A DNA stretch of 64,000 nucleotides from an uncultured Candidatus Saccharibacteria bacterium (GTDB lineage Bacteria; Patescibacteriota; WWE3; UBA101185; 2-01-FULL-41-18). The notes under the pieces are model-generated. The model saw only the letters and a list, made by a program, of their open reading frames with translations, was not told where the DNA came from and did no database searches. The first letter of the stretch is position 1. Each line of letters opens with the position of its first letter. The stretch spans positions 7,048 to 71,047 of the forward strand of contig CAZWQF010000001.1 in assembly GCA_964636285.1 (NCBI GenBank), written 5' to 3'. Positions 39,852 to 50,013 of the stretch are shown here, one piece after another. The translations under genes and the position numbers were made by a program.

Positions 39852-40526
39852 TTACCCTTCAATTTTATACCCAATTCCCTTTACGGTAATTATTAGTTTA
39901 TCTGATTTTGCAAAAGGTTTTTCTAGCTTATTCCTTAAGTAACCAATGTATACATCTACAACATTTGAAAACGGATCCGCTTCTCCTCCCCAAACATGCT
40001 CAATAATCTGAGTTTTAGACACAACTTTACCTTTGTTTCTTAAAAGATACTCAAGTAGGGCCATCTCTTTTAAAGAAAGTGCAATCTCCGTTTTTCCTCT
40101 TGTTACATTTTTTGCAACAGGGTCAAATGTGATATCTCCTGCTGATAGAACTGGGGACCTATTTTCCTGTGGCCTCCTAAGCAGGGCTCTGATTCTTGCT
40201 AGAAGCTCTTCAAAATCAAATGGTTTTATTATGTAGTCGTCTGCTCCATGATCTAACCCTTCGATTTTATTTTTTACGGCATCTCTTGCAGTTAGCATTA
40301 GTATTGGGATAAGTTTTTTCTTAGACCTAAGCCTTTTACATATTTCCAGTCCGTCCATTGAAGGTAACCCAAGATCCAAAATTACAAGGTCATATTCTTC
40401 ATTCAGTGCTGCTTCCAAACCATCCGCACCGTCTTGGTATGTATCTACTGCATACCCTTCTACCTCTAGGGACTTTTTGACGGCATTTGCCAGTTTTTGT
40501 TCGTCTTCAACAACCAGTATTCTCAT
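39852..40526 (-). CDS. OmpR-family response regulator
   Basis: Receiver domain MRILVVEDE...DLGLP...ILMLTA; winged-helix C-terminus. Confidence 0.85.
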   Translation of the reverse strand: MRILVVEDEQKLANAVKKSLEVEGYAVDTYQDGADGLEAALNEEYDLVILDLGLPSMDGLEICKRLRSKKKLIPILMLTARDAVKNKIEGLDHGADDYIIKPFDFEELLARIRALLRRPQENRSPVLSAGDITFDPVAKNVTRGKTEIALSLKEMALLEYLLRNKGKVVSKTQIIEHVWGGEADPFSNVVDVYIGYLRNKLEKPFAKSDKLIITVKGIGYKIEG

Positions 40527-40607
40527 GTTGTAATTATATCTTTTTGAATAAGAAGAAGCTAAGAGCCTATCTACGGCGTTAAATTTGGGTGTTATAATTT
40601 TTAAAGT

Positions 40608-42056
40608 ATGGATAACCAAATAGTTCCTGATATTGGTTCTACAGATGAGGTAAAGCAGTTTAATCAGACCGATTTTGGAAAGATATATTTTGACCTTCCA
40701 AAAGAATCTGCAGCTCCAAAAACAATTGATGAGCTTGCGGCTACCTTAAGACTTTGCAGTCAAAAAAATCAAAAAGTTAAAATCAGAAACACAGGCCATT
40801 CCGTAAATGGGCAGACTCTCACAAGTGATTTTCAAGTGAGTCTTGTGAATTTGAGAGGAGTGCAATTTGATAGAGACAAACTTGAAGTTGTGGTTAAAGC
40901 AGGAACTCCTTGGCATGAAGTCTTAAACGGAATTGAGTTTCCAAAATTTTGCCTTCCAGTTTTTCCTAACAACCCTGGGCAGAAAATTCATATTGGTGGG
41001 ACAGCAAGTGTTGGCGGTGTAGGTCCTTATTCTTCAAAAAGTGGCGGATTTTGGAATCATATTAAATCAATAAGAATTGTCACAATGTCCGGTGAGATAA
41101 TTGAGTGTTCTAAGGAAAATAATTTTGACTTATTTAAGTACTCTTTGGGAGGGTTTGGTAGGATTGGAGTTATTGCCGAGCTTACACTTACTGTAGTCCC
41201 AAGCAGAGAAAACGTTGCAGCTTTAGCTTTTTTTGATCCTACATTGGAAGGTCATTTTAAACATCTAGAGCAGGCGTTAAAGCATAATGAGGCTGACGGA
41301 ATTTTTACTTACCTTCAGGTTTCTGATACAGAAAAACTTGAGCCTTTTAGAATTAATCCCTGTGGATCTTTTTTGGTTAAAGAGCTTGAAGATTACCATG
41401 ATGCCTCAAAGACCAAGTGGCATTTTGCAAAAGATTTTTTTGGAGAAATAGAATTTTCCGTAACTGAAAAGGTTGGGGATCCAAACAATTTTGATTTAAG
41501 TTTTGGTTCAAAATATATAAAAAAACAGCAACTGGTTTATTTCTTCCCGCAAAGTGATGAAGACGTGGAGTACACGGATCTTTGTCATCCATGGAGTGAT
41601 TACGCAGTTTCAGGCCCTGATTACATTGAGTTTTTAAAAGAAGCAAAAGTTGTAATAAGAAGATTTGGTATGGAGCAGTTTTTGATGAAACAGCACTTCT
41701 TAAATGATTCGTATACGGCTGATTTTGTTGGTTGTTATATCATCAAAAATAATAAAGAAACATTTTTCCCACTTTCGCTTGATTTAGAGGGAGAGGATTT
41801 TACATACCTGTTAAGTATCATGCCAACCGTTCCCCCTTCGTATGTAAAAGATGCCCTTGATATGGTAAGCGACCTCACGGATTTATGTTACGAACTTGGT
41901 GGCAAGAGGTATCTTTATGGTGTGCATGGATTAACACAGGTTCAGCTTGAGAAGCACTTTGGTAAAGATATTCTTCAAAAATGGGGTGAACTAAAGCAAA
42001 AGTACGATCCTAGAAAGCTTTTAAACATTGGAGTAATTGAGCATTTGGACGCTTAG
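40608..42056 (+). CDS. FAD-linked oxidase (FAD_binding_4 family; lactone oxidase/cytokinin dehydrogenase-like)
   Basis: N-terminal PCMH-type FAD-binding domain pattern (IRNTGHS). Confidence 0.55.
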   Translation: MDNQIVPDIGSTDEVKQFNQTDFGKIYFDLPKESAAPKTIDELAATLRLCSQKNQKVKIRNTGHSVNGQTLTSDFQVSLVNLRGVQFDRDKLEVVVKAGTPWHEVLNGIEFPKFCLPVFPNNPGQKIHIGGTASVGGVGPYSSKSGGFWNHIKSIRIVTMSGEIIECSKENNFDLFKYSLGGFGRIGVIAELTLTVVPSRENVAALAFFDPTLEGHFKHLEQALKHNEADGIFTYLQVSDTEKLEPFRINPCGSFLVKELEDYHDASKTKWHFAKDFFGEIEFSVTEKVGDPNNFDLSFGSKYIKKQQLVYFFPQSDEDVEYTDLCHPWSDYAVSGPDYIEFLKEAKVVIRRFGMEQFLMKQHFLNDSYTADFVGCYIIKNNKETFFPLSLDLEGEDFTYLLSIMPTVPPSYVKDALDMVSDLTDLCYELGGKRYLYGVHGLTQVQLEKHFGKDILQKWGELKQKYDPRKLLNIGVIEHLDA

Positions 42057-42058
42057 TT

Positions 42059-42940
42059 TTATTTAGTCACAAAAAGAACAGAATGATCCTCAAGATTGAT
42101 TGGAGTGCTTTGTCCCATCATTTCTATAAAAGCATTTAACGAATACAGCTCCACCTTGTAACCTTTGTCCTCAAGGATAGGCACTAATACTTTGTAGTTT
42201 TCTAGTTTAAATGCTGCCCCAGCACTAAAAAGATGGTCGTTTATAGGTTCTGTGATATCAATAGAAATAAAGAAACCGTTTGGCTCAATATAATTCTCAA
42301 AGAGCTCATTAATTCTGGCTAACATCCCTCCTGCAAAATTTATTGCTGTGTTTTCCTCTTGGTGGGTTGCATCAAGAAAAGCCTGAATATAGTCACCATA
42401 TTCCTGCTTTGAAAGATCTGTAAGCTCAAAGTTTTTAAAAACGGCTTTTCCTATTTTTTCGTACCTTGCATCTTCTTTTGCCCAAACACTATCAAATCCA
42501 TATGAGGTTAGCACTGCATTAAACTTTGATTCCGAATCAAGCCATTCGGGTTTTGGCAATTCTTTTGAAATGTCTACTGGGGTAGGGGCATTTTTGATCT
42601 TCAAAAAACTGCAGTCAAGTTTTGCCAGCAGGTTTTGAGAGGGGAGTGCAACACTAGTAAAATCCGAAAGGGTAACATCCCAAGCTTTGTGCGTTTGGGA
42701 AGCTAGTTCTTGATGAATAATTTCCCACCTGTTCAATCTTTTTCCGCTTGCAATCTCAAATAACTTTATTTTTTGAGCTTCGGTTTTTTGTTCGATAAAA
42801 CTAAGAATTGCTTTTTGAAGAGGCACGTTGGAAACAAGGATGTCTGCAACTCCGTTTTCCGTGAATGCGCCTGAGGTATTTGAACTGTAATATTTGTTAT
42901 TTTGTTTGTTAAAAACTTCCATACTTTCTTTCTCCTGCAA
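42059..42940 (-). CDS. hypothetical protein (293 aa)
   Basis: ORF only. Confidence 0.35.
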   Translation of the reverse strand: MQEKESMEVFNKQNNKYYSSNTSGAFTENGVADILVSNVPLQKAILSFIEQKTEAQKIKLFEIASGKRLNRWEIIHQELASQTHKAWDVTLSDFTSVALPSQNLLAKLDCSFLKIKNAPTPVDISKELPKPEWLDSESKFNAVLTSYGFDSVWAKEDARYEKIGKAVFKNFELTDLSKQEYGDYIQAFLDATHQEENTAINFAGGMLARINELFENYIEPNGFFISIDITEPINDHLFSAGAAFKLENYKVLVPILEDKGYKVELYSLNAFIEMMGQSTPINLEDHSVLFVTK

Positions 42941-43754
42941 TCACTACATTTTTTAACAAGTTTAAGATTGTGAGAGGACCTACTCCTCCAGGTACTGGTG
43001 TGGCATACCCTGCTCTGCTTCCAAGTAAAATTTCCTCAGATGCTTCTGGATTCGGAGCCCCGCAGTCAACAATGAACGCCCCCTCTTTTATGGATTCGTT
43101 TGAAATTACATTTTGTTTTCCGGTTGCTAATACAATAATATCTGCAGTTTTTGAAATTTCCTCTATTTTTATGGACTTGGAGTGGAGAATTGTAACAGAC
43201 GAATTTTTTGAGAGCAGAAGTGCCGCTAATGGCTCTCCAACAATTGTTGACCTTCCAAAAATTACAGCATGCTTACCTTCTAATGAAAAGTTGTCTTGAG
43301 ATGTTAAAAGATCTATCACTGCAAGAGCGGTTGCAGGGGCCAGGGCTGCTTTTGAGTTTTGAAATAAAAGACCAAGGTTTCTAGAGGAAAGTCCATCTAC
43401 ATCTTTTTCTTGTTCAATTAGATTTGATGCCTTTGTAAAATCTAGGTGTTTTGAAATTGGAGCTTGAATAAAAAACCCATCAACTTCTTTATTATTGTTT
43501 AGCTCGATAATTTTATTTTCTAGTTCTGGTTGTGTCACCTCTCTAGGAAGTTTTGTGAGAATTGCATTTATTCCCACTTCCGTTGCTTTTTTAAGTTTCA
43601 TTCGAACATAAATTGTTGAAGCCTGGCCATCACCAACTTGTAGGATGTGTAAAGTTAGCTTTCTGCCAGCTTTCTGCTCAAAGGCTAATGCTCCATTTTT
43701 TATGTCTGTAAAAATGTCTTTTGAGATTTCTTGGGAATTTACAACTTTTGTCAC
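42909..43754 (-). CDS. folD: bifunctional methylenetetrahydrofolate dehydrogenase/cyclohydrolase
   Basis: GRSTIVGEPLAALL and PVPGGVGPLT motifs. Confidence 0.9.
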   Translation of the reverse strand: MTKVVNSQEISKDIFTDIKNGALAFEQKAGRKLTLHILQVGDGQASTIYVRMKLKKATEVGINAILTKLPREVTQPELENKIIELNNNKEVDGFFIQAPISKHLDFTKASNLIEQEKDVDGLSSRNLGLLFQNSKAALAPATALAVIDLLTSQDNFSLEGKHAVIFGRSTIVGEPLAALLLSKNSSVTILHSKSIKIEEISKTADIIVLATGKQNVISNESIKEGAFIVDCGAPNPEASEEILLGSRAGYATPVPGGVGPLTILNLLKNVVIAGERKYGSF

Positions 43755-43853
43755 AATGGAATTATATCCCAGATGGGAAGAGTAAGGCAGACTGGGGTTG
43801 GTAGAGGAGACGACAAAGCGCTCGTACCAACCCCATATGAGGTTGTGTCAAAG

Positions 43854-44014
43854 TCATTCTCCTGAAATGGCGTGAGTGCAGAACAGCACAAATGCCAAAC
43901 CAAGAGCTACCACACTCTTGATGTCGCAGTTTGGAGTAGCGTGCACATAGACGCACACCCCTCCGATTGTCAGTACTGCGACAACCAGGCAACCAACCAC
44001 CTTAAGTTTACTCA
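43854..44014 (-). CDS. small GC-rich hydrophobic protein (53 aa) with strong SD
   Basis: GGCTAGGAGGCC-N5-ATG (MSKLKVVGCLVVAVL...); GC-rich island inserted between folD and rpmH; followed by ggggttggta...taccaacccc hairpin. Confidence 0.4.
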
Positions 44015-44130
44015 TTTGAGGCCTCCTAGCCCTACTAAACCTATAGTAATTGTAAAATATCTGCCAAAATAAGTCAACTACTATGGGGCTAGTTGACTGG
44101 ATACGGTTCATATAGTTTAATAGCTTCGTT

Positions 44131-44283
44131 ATGCCAAAAAGAGTGTACCAACCAAAAAAGAAGAAGAGAGTCAGAACACATGGCTTTAAGATCAGAATGT
44201 CATCACCTGGCGGAAGAAATGTTCTTAAAAGAAGAAGAGCAAAAGGTAGAGTTCGCCTAACAGTGTCAAGACATTCCAAATGA
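44131..44283 (+). CDS. rpmH: 50S ribosomal protein L34
   Basis: Translated by hand: [50 protein letters not shown]; not in ORF track because under 60 aa. Confidence 0.9.
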   Translation: MPKRVYQPKKKKRVRTHGFKIRMSSPGGRNVLKRRRAKGRVRLTVSRHSK

Positions 44284-44633
44284 TTCTTTCTAAAGATTTA
44301 AGACTTACTCAGACTTTTCATTACAACATTGTTAAAAAGTACGGTAAGAGTTTTCATGGAGATTTTTTAATTATCTCTGTGCTGAAGGATATTAAAGAAG
44401 CTGCCCACCCTTCGATATTTGGCATCATTGTAACCAACAAAGTAGATAAAAGATCTGTTGAAAGGCACAGAATTAAAAGAATAATTTCAGCCTGCATAAG
44501 AGAAACAAAACCAAAATTTCCAGAAAATCAGTTTTTTATAGTTGTCATTGCAAAAGGTATAATTACAGGAAAGAGCCATGAAGAAATTAGTGCTGACTTT
44601 AATAAAGCTTTATCAAAAATATCTTTCGCTTGA
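44280..44633 (+). CDS. rnpA: ribonuclease P protein component
   Basis: Position directly after rpmH, basic 117-aa protein with RnpA-like RNR motif region. Confidence 0.8.
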   Translation: MILSKDLRLTQTFHYNIVKKYGKSFHGDFLIISVLKDIKEAAHPSIFGIIVTNKVDKRSVERHRIKRIISACIRETKPKFPENQFFIVVIAKGIITGKSHEEISADFNKALSKISFA

Positions 44634-44823
44634 TCAGGGGTATTTAAGGCATTTCTTACATATTCCGGATGATGCTAGAATATGCAGGTTCACGCCAACC
44701 TGTTCTCAGTACACTTTTGATGCGATCGATAGGTACGGCCTAATTAAAGGAGGTTTTCTTGGGACTTGGAGAATAATCAGGTGTAACCCTTTTACAAAAG
44801 GTGGTGTTGATCCTGTAAAGTAA
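44578..44823 (+). CDS. yidD: membrane protein insertion efficiency factor YidD
   Basis: [19 protein letters not shown]...[11 protein letters not shown] signature. Confidence 0.85.
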   Translation: MKKLVLTLIKLYQKYLSLDQGYLRHFLHIPDDARICRFTPTCSQYTFDAIDRYGLIKGGFLGTWRIIRCNPFTKGGVDPVK

Positions 44824-44836
44824 GTTTAGGAGATTT

Positions 44837-45640
44837 ATGAATTTTTTTAGCGAAATTTGGAACACAGTATTAATTAACCCTCTTCTGAATGCGTTGTTCA
44901 TCCTTTATAAGTATGTAGGAAATATGGGAGTTGCCATTATTCTCCTTTCGCTTGTTGTAAAACTTGTGACGCTTCCTCAGGCTTTGAGTTCAATGAAACT
45001 TATGAAGAAGCAAAGGGATTTAATGCCAGAGCTTGATAAGCTTAAGAAAAAATTTGGCCACGACAAGCAAAAACTTGCCGAGGAGCAAATGAAGCTCTAT
45101 CAGGAGGCTGGAATAAATCCTGCGGCAGGGTGCCTCACTCAAGTATTTCCAATTCTAATTTTTATTGCGTTATTTGGTGTGATTAATATGCTGTACGGAA
45201 CTCAGCATCAAAGTCTGGATGTTATCAATTCAAAACTGTATTTTGACTTTATAAGGTTAGCTAGTGGCCACGCAATTGACTCAAGCTTTTTATATCTTGA
45301 TCTTTCAAAGCCTGACAAGATTTTTATTTTGCCCGTTCTGGCTGCAATTCTTCAGTTTTTGACATCAAAAATGATGATGCCTGTAGTTGATAAGGCGGAA
45401 AAGGCCGCAAAGAAGGCGGGTGACGACCAGGCCGACCTTATGTATAATATGCAGGAGCAAACGCTCTACATGATGCCTATCGTCTTTTTGATTGTAGGTT
45501 TCTCGCTGCCTTCCGGTGTTGTGCTAAACATGTTAGTCTCAACACTTTTTTCTTTAGTTCAGCAATACTATGTGAGTGGCCTTGGAGGTCTTACTCCGTG
45601 GGCACAAAAAATCGGAATTGGCCGAGCTAAAGTTTCTTGA
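44837..45640 (+). CDS. yidC: membrane insertase YidC/Oxa1 (short form)
   Basis: Conserved 60-kDa-IMP core, length 267 aa typical of Gram-positive/CPR YidC. Confidence 0.8.
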   Translation: MNFFSEIWNTVLINPLLNALFILYKYVGNMGVAIILLSLVVKLVTLPQALSSMKLMKKQRDLMPELDKLKKKFGHDKQKLAEEQMKLYQEAGINPAAGCLTQVFPILIFIALFGVINMLYGTQHQSLDVINSKLYFDFIRLASGHAIDSSFLYLDLSKPDKIFILPVLAAILQFLTSKMMMPVVDKAEKAAKKAGDDQADLMYNMQEQTLYMMPIVFLIVGFSLPSGVVLNMLVSTLFSLVQQYYVSGLGGLTPWAQKIGIGRAKVS

Positions 45641-45667
45641 TAAGTAAGTATTTTTTAATAAGGATAT

Positions 45668-46147
45668 ATGAAAGACACACAAAATCTGGAAAATCTAATC
45701 AGGGAGACAGTAGAAAAAATCTTGTTTTTTATTGGGGTTGTAGCAAGCGTAGATGTGGTAGCTGATGTTTCAGAAGAAAACACATTTCACATAAATCTCA
45801 GTGGCGATGACCTAGGTGTTGTTATTGGATACCATGGTGAGGGTCTTGCATCGCTTCAGCACATCTTGAACTTGATAGTAGGCACTTCAAGCGAAAAGTG
45901 GCCACATCTTATTGTTGATGTGAATGGGTACAGAAGAGATAGAGAAGAGAAAGTCAAAGAGATGACAAAGGGTGCGATAGATAGAGTTAAATTTAGCATG
46001 AGGCCTGTTGAGCTTCCTCCAATGGTAGCTTTTGACAGAAGAATTGCTCACCTTGTAGTTTCTGAAACCGAAGGGGTTGCTTCAGAGAGCGTTGGCGTTG
46101 GTTACAACAGAAGAGTTGTAATTACACCAAAGCAAGACGAAGAATAA
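45668..46147 (+). CDS. jag: Jag-like RNA-binding protein (KH/R3H)
   Basis: Synteny after yidC; GYHGEGLASLQHILN KH-like motif. Confidence 0.6.
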   Translation: MKDTQNLENLIRETVEKILFFIGVVASVDVVADVSEENTFHINLSGDDLGVVIGYHGEGLASLQHILNLIVGTSSEKWPHLIVDVNGYRRDREEKVKEMTKGAIDRVKFSMRPVELPPMVAFDRRIAHLVVSETEGVASESVGVGYNRRVVITPKQDEE

Positions 46148-46164
46148 ACCTAAAGTCTTAAAAT

Positions 46165-47292
46165 ATGAAATTTACCTGTCTCCAGGAAAATCTTGTCCGT
46201 GGGCTTTCTATTGTCAGCAAAGCAGTTGCTACAAGAGGTTCGCTTCCTGTTTTGTCTAACGTCCTTATTTCCGCGGTCGACGGTAGAGTTAAGCTTTCTT
46301 CAACAAATCTAGAAACCTCAATAACAACATGGATAGGAGCCTCTGTAGAAGAGGAGGGTGAAATAACAGTCCCATCAAAAGTTTTTCACGAATACGTTTC
46401 AAACATCCCCCCTTCGACAATAACAATTGAAGGAAGCGGAACAAATTTAAAGATCTCAAGTGACAAAGTTTCTTCAAAATTTGTAGGAATTGATGCATCT
46501 GAGTTTCCAAATATTGCAGCAGATGCAGATGAGGTTCACTTAACAATTGATCCAAAAGTTTTTGGCGACGCTGTCCTTGAAACTGCATTTGCTTCGGCAG
46601 CAGATGAGACAAGGCCGGTATTAACAGGCGTATTGTTAATTGGAAACGATGAGGGGTTGTACCTAGTTGGTGTTGATGGGTTTAGGCTTGCAGAAAGATC
46701 TGTAGCTTCAGAGTCCGGAAAAATTAAAAAAGAGTTTTCCGCAATTATTCCTGCAAAGATTCTCTTGGAGGTTGCTAGGCTTACGGCTTCGTTGAAAGAA
46801 CCACTAGAGGTGTCAGTTAACAAAGACAACACTCTTGTAGTGTTTAAGTCCGGCGACGTGGTTATTTCATCAAGGGTTATTGATGGAGATTTCCCTGCAT
46901 ACAAAGGACTTATTCCACATGTTGATACAAGAAGCGTTAAAGTTAAAATGGCCTCAAAGGATTTGGCAAGCGCCCTTAAACTTGCGAATGTATTTGCAAA
47001 AGACTCCGTAACTGTTGTGAGATTTAAGATAAGTAGTGATGACTCCGCAGTTTATATCCTTTCATCAAATTCGGAAGTAGGGGAAAACAGCGCAAAAATT
47101 GATGCTGAAGTTTCAGGTGGGGATTTGGAAATTGCATTTAATTCAAAGTACATTCTTGACGTTCTAAGTAACGTAAAATCTGACGAATTTATTTTTGAGT
47201 GTTCAGATAAAATTGGTCCTGGAGTGCCAGGGGTTTTAAGACCTTCAACTAGAGATAATCACCTTTACCTTATAATGCCCATGCAGTATTAA
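46165..47292 (+). CDS. dnaN: DNA polymerase III beta sliding clamp
   Basis: 375 aa, MKF..LQENL start and three-domain clamp architecture. Confidence 0.85.
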   Translation: MKFTCLQENLVRGLSIVSKAVATRGSLPVLSNVLISAVDGRVKLSSTNLETSITTWIGASVEEEGEITVPSKVFHEYVSNIPPSTITIEGSGTNLKISSDKVSSKFVGIDASEFPNIAADADEVHLTIDPKVFGDAVLETAFASAADETRPVLTGVLLIGNDEGLYLVGVDGFRLAERSVASESGKIKKEFSAIIPAKILLEVARLTASLKEPLEVSVNKDNTLVVFKSGDVVISSRVIDGDFPAYKGLIPHVDTRSVKVKMASKDLASALKLANVFAKDSVTVVRFKISSDDSAVYILSSNSEVGENSAKIDAEVSGGDLEIAFNSKYILDVLSNVKSDEFIFECSDKIGPGVPGVLRPSTRDNHLYLIMPMQY

Positions 47293-49304
47293 AAAATTGA
47301 TGAGACCCCATCGTTTGGCGCTTTTGCAACATCAGGTGTTGCAGGAGTTTGCATTTGTGCGCTTGAGACAGGCCCTGCATTTGAAGTTTGTTCTGTTGCC
47401 ACTTGAACGGGGGCTTGTGGCGCTGGTTGAGACTTTGGAATGTTGATTATTGGTTTGTACACTGCTTTTCCTAAAGTTGGCGTTGGTTCCGCTAGCGTAC
47501 CTTTTTCTCTTAACTTCAGCACATCAGTTGGCTTTGTTGTCACCAGTTTGTATTCTTCGTCAGAGGCCTCAACTTTCATTGCAACGTGATTGCTTCCTGC
47601 AAAGAACAAGCCTTCTCCAATTCCTGCGGATAATAGAAGCCTTTTTTCTCCTTCGGAAAGATAGAATACTTCTGCAAGCTTATCTATTGCAGCAGGGTGC
47701 TGTTTAAGGAGTACTTGAATGGACGAGTTTGTAATAATTGCCGTTCCATATTCGCTTGATAAAAAGTCTCCAACGTCCTGTGTAATTGTTGTAAGGCCAA
47801 GGAAATACTTTCTACATCTTTTTGCAATTCCGTAAAGGAACGTTGCCGAGTCTTTGTTCTGCATTAAGTACCAAGCCTCATCTACAAGCAAAATTCTCTT
47901 TCTTAAATCTCTCTTAATTCTTGTCCAAACAAAGTCCAGAATAATGTAAATTGCGATTGGTCTCAAAACATCTTCAAGTGATTTTGTGGAAAATACTGTA
48001 AATCTGCTTTCAAGGTCAATGTTCGATCTCTGGTCAAAAATTCCAGCAAGTGAACCTTTAATATATCTTTCAAGTCTTGACGCTAGACCTTTTGCTTCTG
48101 GCTCTTCCATTCCCAAAAGCACTTTATAAAGGTCTTCCATAATTGGAGGTTCTTTCTCTTTTTGTGTGACAGGGTCTGTGGTAATTCCCTTGATTCTGTA
48201 CGTTTCTACTAAGGCCTTATCCAAAAGAGACTCTTCAACATTTGTCAGTGTCCCGTAAATAATTTTAAAAAGCGTGTGCAGTGAAAGTATTTTTTGCCCA
48301 AGTTCGTTTTCACCTTCTACTGCAATTCCTGAAAGATCAAACGGATTAATTCTTGATGGCGAAGAGGAAGAGAACGAAATGTAGTTTCCTCCAACAGCTT
48401 CTGAGAGCCTTCTATACTCTTCTTCTGGGTCAACCACAATTATTTGTGCTCCAAAAACAAGTGATCTTAACGCTTCAAGTTTTACAAAGAACGATTTTCC
48501 AGCTCCGGCTTTTGCAAACACCACCATATTTGCGTTTTCCATTGAGAACCTATCAAAAATAATGAGCGAGCCGTTGTGCATGTTAACCCCGTACATAATG
48601 CCTTCGTTCTGAGTTAAGTCTGACGAGGTGAAGGGGAAAGTTGTAGCAAGGCTTGTTGTATCCATGTTTCTTGTAATCAAAAGTTTGTCTAGGCACAGCG
48701 GAATTGTAGATTGAAAAGCCTGCTCCATTTGAAGCGATGCTACTTTTGAGATTAAAAGAAGTGCTCCAAGAGTGGACTCAACTTTTTTTGTAATGTTGTT
48801 AAGTTCTTCAAGGCTGTCCGCCGGAATTGTTATATAAAATGAAAACTGGAAGAACCTCTCAATTCCTTTAACAAGCTGTTCCTGAAGTGACTGAGCGTCT
48901 TCAAGGGCTGCTCTAACTGCTGGGTCTACAACTTTTCCTCTTTCGGAATCTGTTTTTACCGTTGCTTCCATTTCCGCAATTTTTCTTCTGAGATCATCGA
49001 GAATACCTTTAGATTGCACTGGGTAGCAAAACATTGAAATATCAAGCGTGTGGTCAAAGTTGATGAGGGGAGATAGCCAGTTAGCTCCTACAAATCTTGG
49101 ATACCCTGACACAAACAAAGTTCTATAATACGAGTTTCCAATCCTAATATGAGTGAAGTCCACCTCAATACCTGAGGGCGCAATAATGTCTTTAACCGAA
49201 ACCATGCCTTGCGCAATTGTCTGCGCAGCTTTTTCAGCAGACTTATTCTGTGCGCTTGTTGTTTTTGCTTTATCCGATTTATCAAAAAGTTTAAAAATAT
49301 CCAT
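47289..49304 (-). CDS. type IV secretion ATPase VirB4/TrbE/TraC family, ATPase portion (start probably MDIFKLF at 49304, not 49406)
   Basis: Walker A AKAGAGKSFF, Walker B LLVDEAW, VirB4-family blocks; P/Q-rich C-terminal tail. Confidence 0.8.
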   Translation of the reverse strand: MDIFKLFDKSDKAKTTSAQNKSAEKAAQTIAQGMVSVKDIIAPSGIEVDFTHIRIGNSYYRTLFVSGYPRFVGANWLSPLINFDHTLDISMFCYPVQSKGILDDLRRKIAEMEATVKTDSERGKVVDPAVRAALEDAQSLQEQLVKGIERFFQFSFYITIPADSLEELNNITKKVESTLGALLLISKVASLQMEQAFQSTIPLCLDKLLITRNMDTTSLATTFPFTSSDLTQNEGIMYGVNMHNGSLIIFDRFSMENANMVVFAKAGAGKSFFVKLEALRSLVFGAQIIVVDPEEEYRRLSEAVGGNYISFSSSSPSRINPFDLSGIAVEGENELGQKILSLHTLFKIIYGTLTNVEESLLDKALVETYRIKGITTDPVTQKEKEPPIMEDLYKVLLGMEEPEAKGLASRLERYIKGSLAGIFDQRSNIDLESRFTVFSTKSLEDVLRPIAIYIILDFVWTRIKRDLRKRILLVDEAWYLMQNKDSATFLYGIAKRCRKYFLGLTTITQDVGDFLSSEYGTAIITNSSIQVLLKQHPAAIDKLAEVFYLSEGEKRLLLSAGIGEGLFFAGSNHVAMKVEASDEEYKLVTTKPTDVLKLREKGTLAEPTPTLGKAVYKPIINIPKSQPAPQAPVQVATEQTSNAGPVSSAQMQTPATPDVAKAPNDGVSSIF

Positions 49305-49305
49305 A

Positions 49306-50007
49306 TTATTCCTCAATAATTGCGGGTTCCACAATTGGAACTCCATAATCTTCAATTCCTGTTCTAATTCTCTGGTCATGAAGTGAGATTGGGTTGTACA
49401 CGTCAAAGAATAGCTCTACAAGCTCCTGTGTGGTCAGCTGTTTAGCTTTTATATTTAATCTAGCAAAGTCTCTGACTATTGAATCCCTCTTTGGGTACAG
49501 CTCAGTTTCTGCTGTCTTGATCGAACTGGGTACATCCACTTTAACTCTCTTTACTTTATTTCCCGAAAGAGTTTTTAAAAAGTCCAATGGCCCTCCATTA
49601 GGTGCAGCCATGATCATACCTGTTCCTGAAGGAATTGCTACGTAAAAGCTTTTGTCTAAAACTTCGTTCTTTTTAATAAGCTCCTGAACAAATTTTCTGT
49701 AAGCCTCTGCTTGAACTCTAAGAAGGGGATCCCTGATTTTATTTTCGATTGCTTGAACTTTATCTATATAGCTTGAAATATCAAGTTTCTTGCTCCTCAC
49801 TACAATTTGGATTGGATAAGTAAGCGAATTTAGTAACGAAGAGTACGCAGCAATAATTGCATCTTGTTCTACTTCGGATAAAAGGTCAAAGTTTACAGCG
49901 TTTGTTTTAAGTACAAGAACACAAGCCCCAGTTTTAAGAACAACTAGGTCTCTTGAAACTGTCTCAATCTCTAAATGATCTTGTGTGCTTTGTATAACTG
50001 CTGACAT
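49306..50007 (-). CDS. VirB4 N-terminal-domain-like protein (probably split from the downstream ATPase)
   Basis: 233-aa soluble ORF ending 2 nt before the probable VirB4 start; resembles CagE/TrbE N-domain. Confidence 0.45.
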   Translation of the reverse strand: MSAVIQSTQDHLEIETVSRDLVVLKTGACVLVLKTNAVNFDLLSEVEQDAIIAAYSSLLNSLTYPIQIVVRSKKLDISSYIDKVQAIENKIRDPLLRVQAEAYRKFVQELIKKNEVLDKSFYVAIPSGTGMIMAAPNGGPLDFLKTLSGNKVKRVKVDVPSSIKTAETELYPKRDSIVRDFARLNIKAKQLTTQELVELFFDVYNPISLHDQRIRTGIEDYGVPIVEPAIIEE

Positions 50008-50013
50008 ATTTGA

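Noticed and set aside
43760-44130. oriC with DnaA boxes upstream of rpmH
   Set aside because: No TTATCCACA-like clusters were seen by eye and dnaA is absent from the window. The spacer is instead occupied by a GC-rich micro-ORF and hairpin.
43854-44279. 141-aa minus-strand ORF spanning the rpmH region
   Set aside because: Its upstream two-thirds overlaps the clearly conserved rpmH on the plus strand. Only the C-terminal 53-aa GC-rich segment, with its own SD, is plausible.
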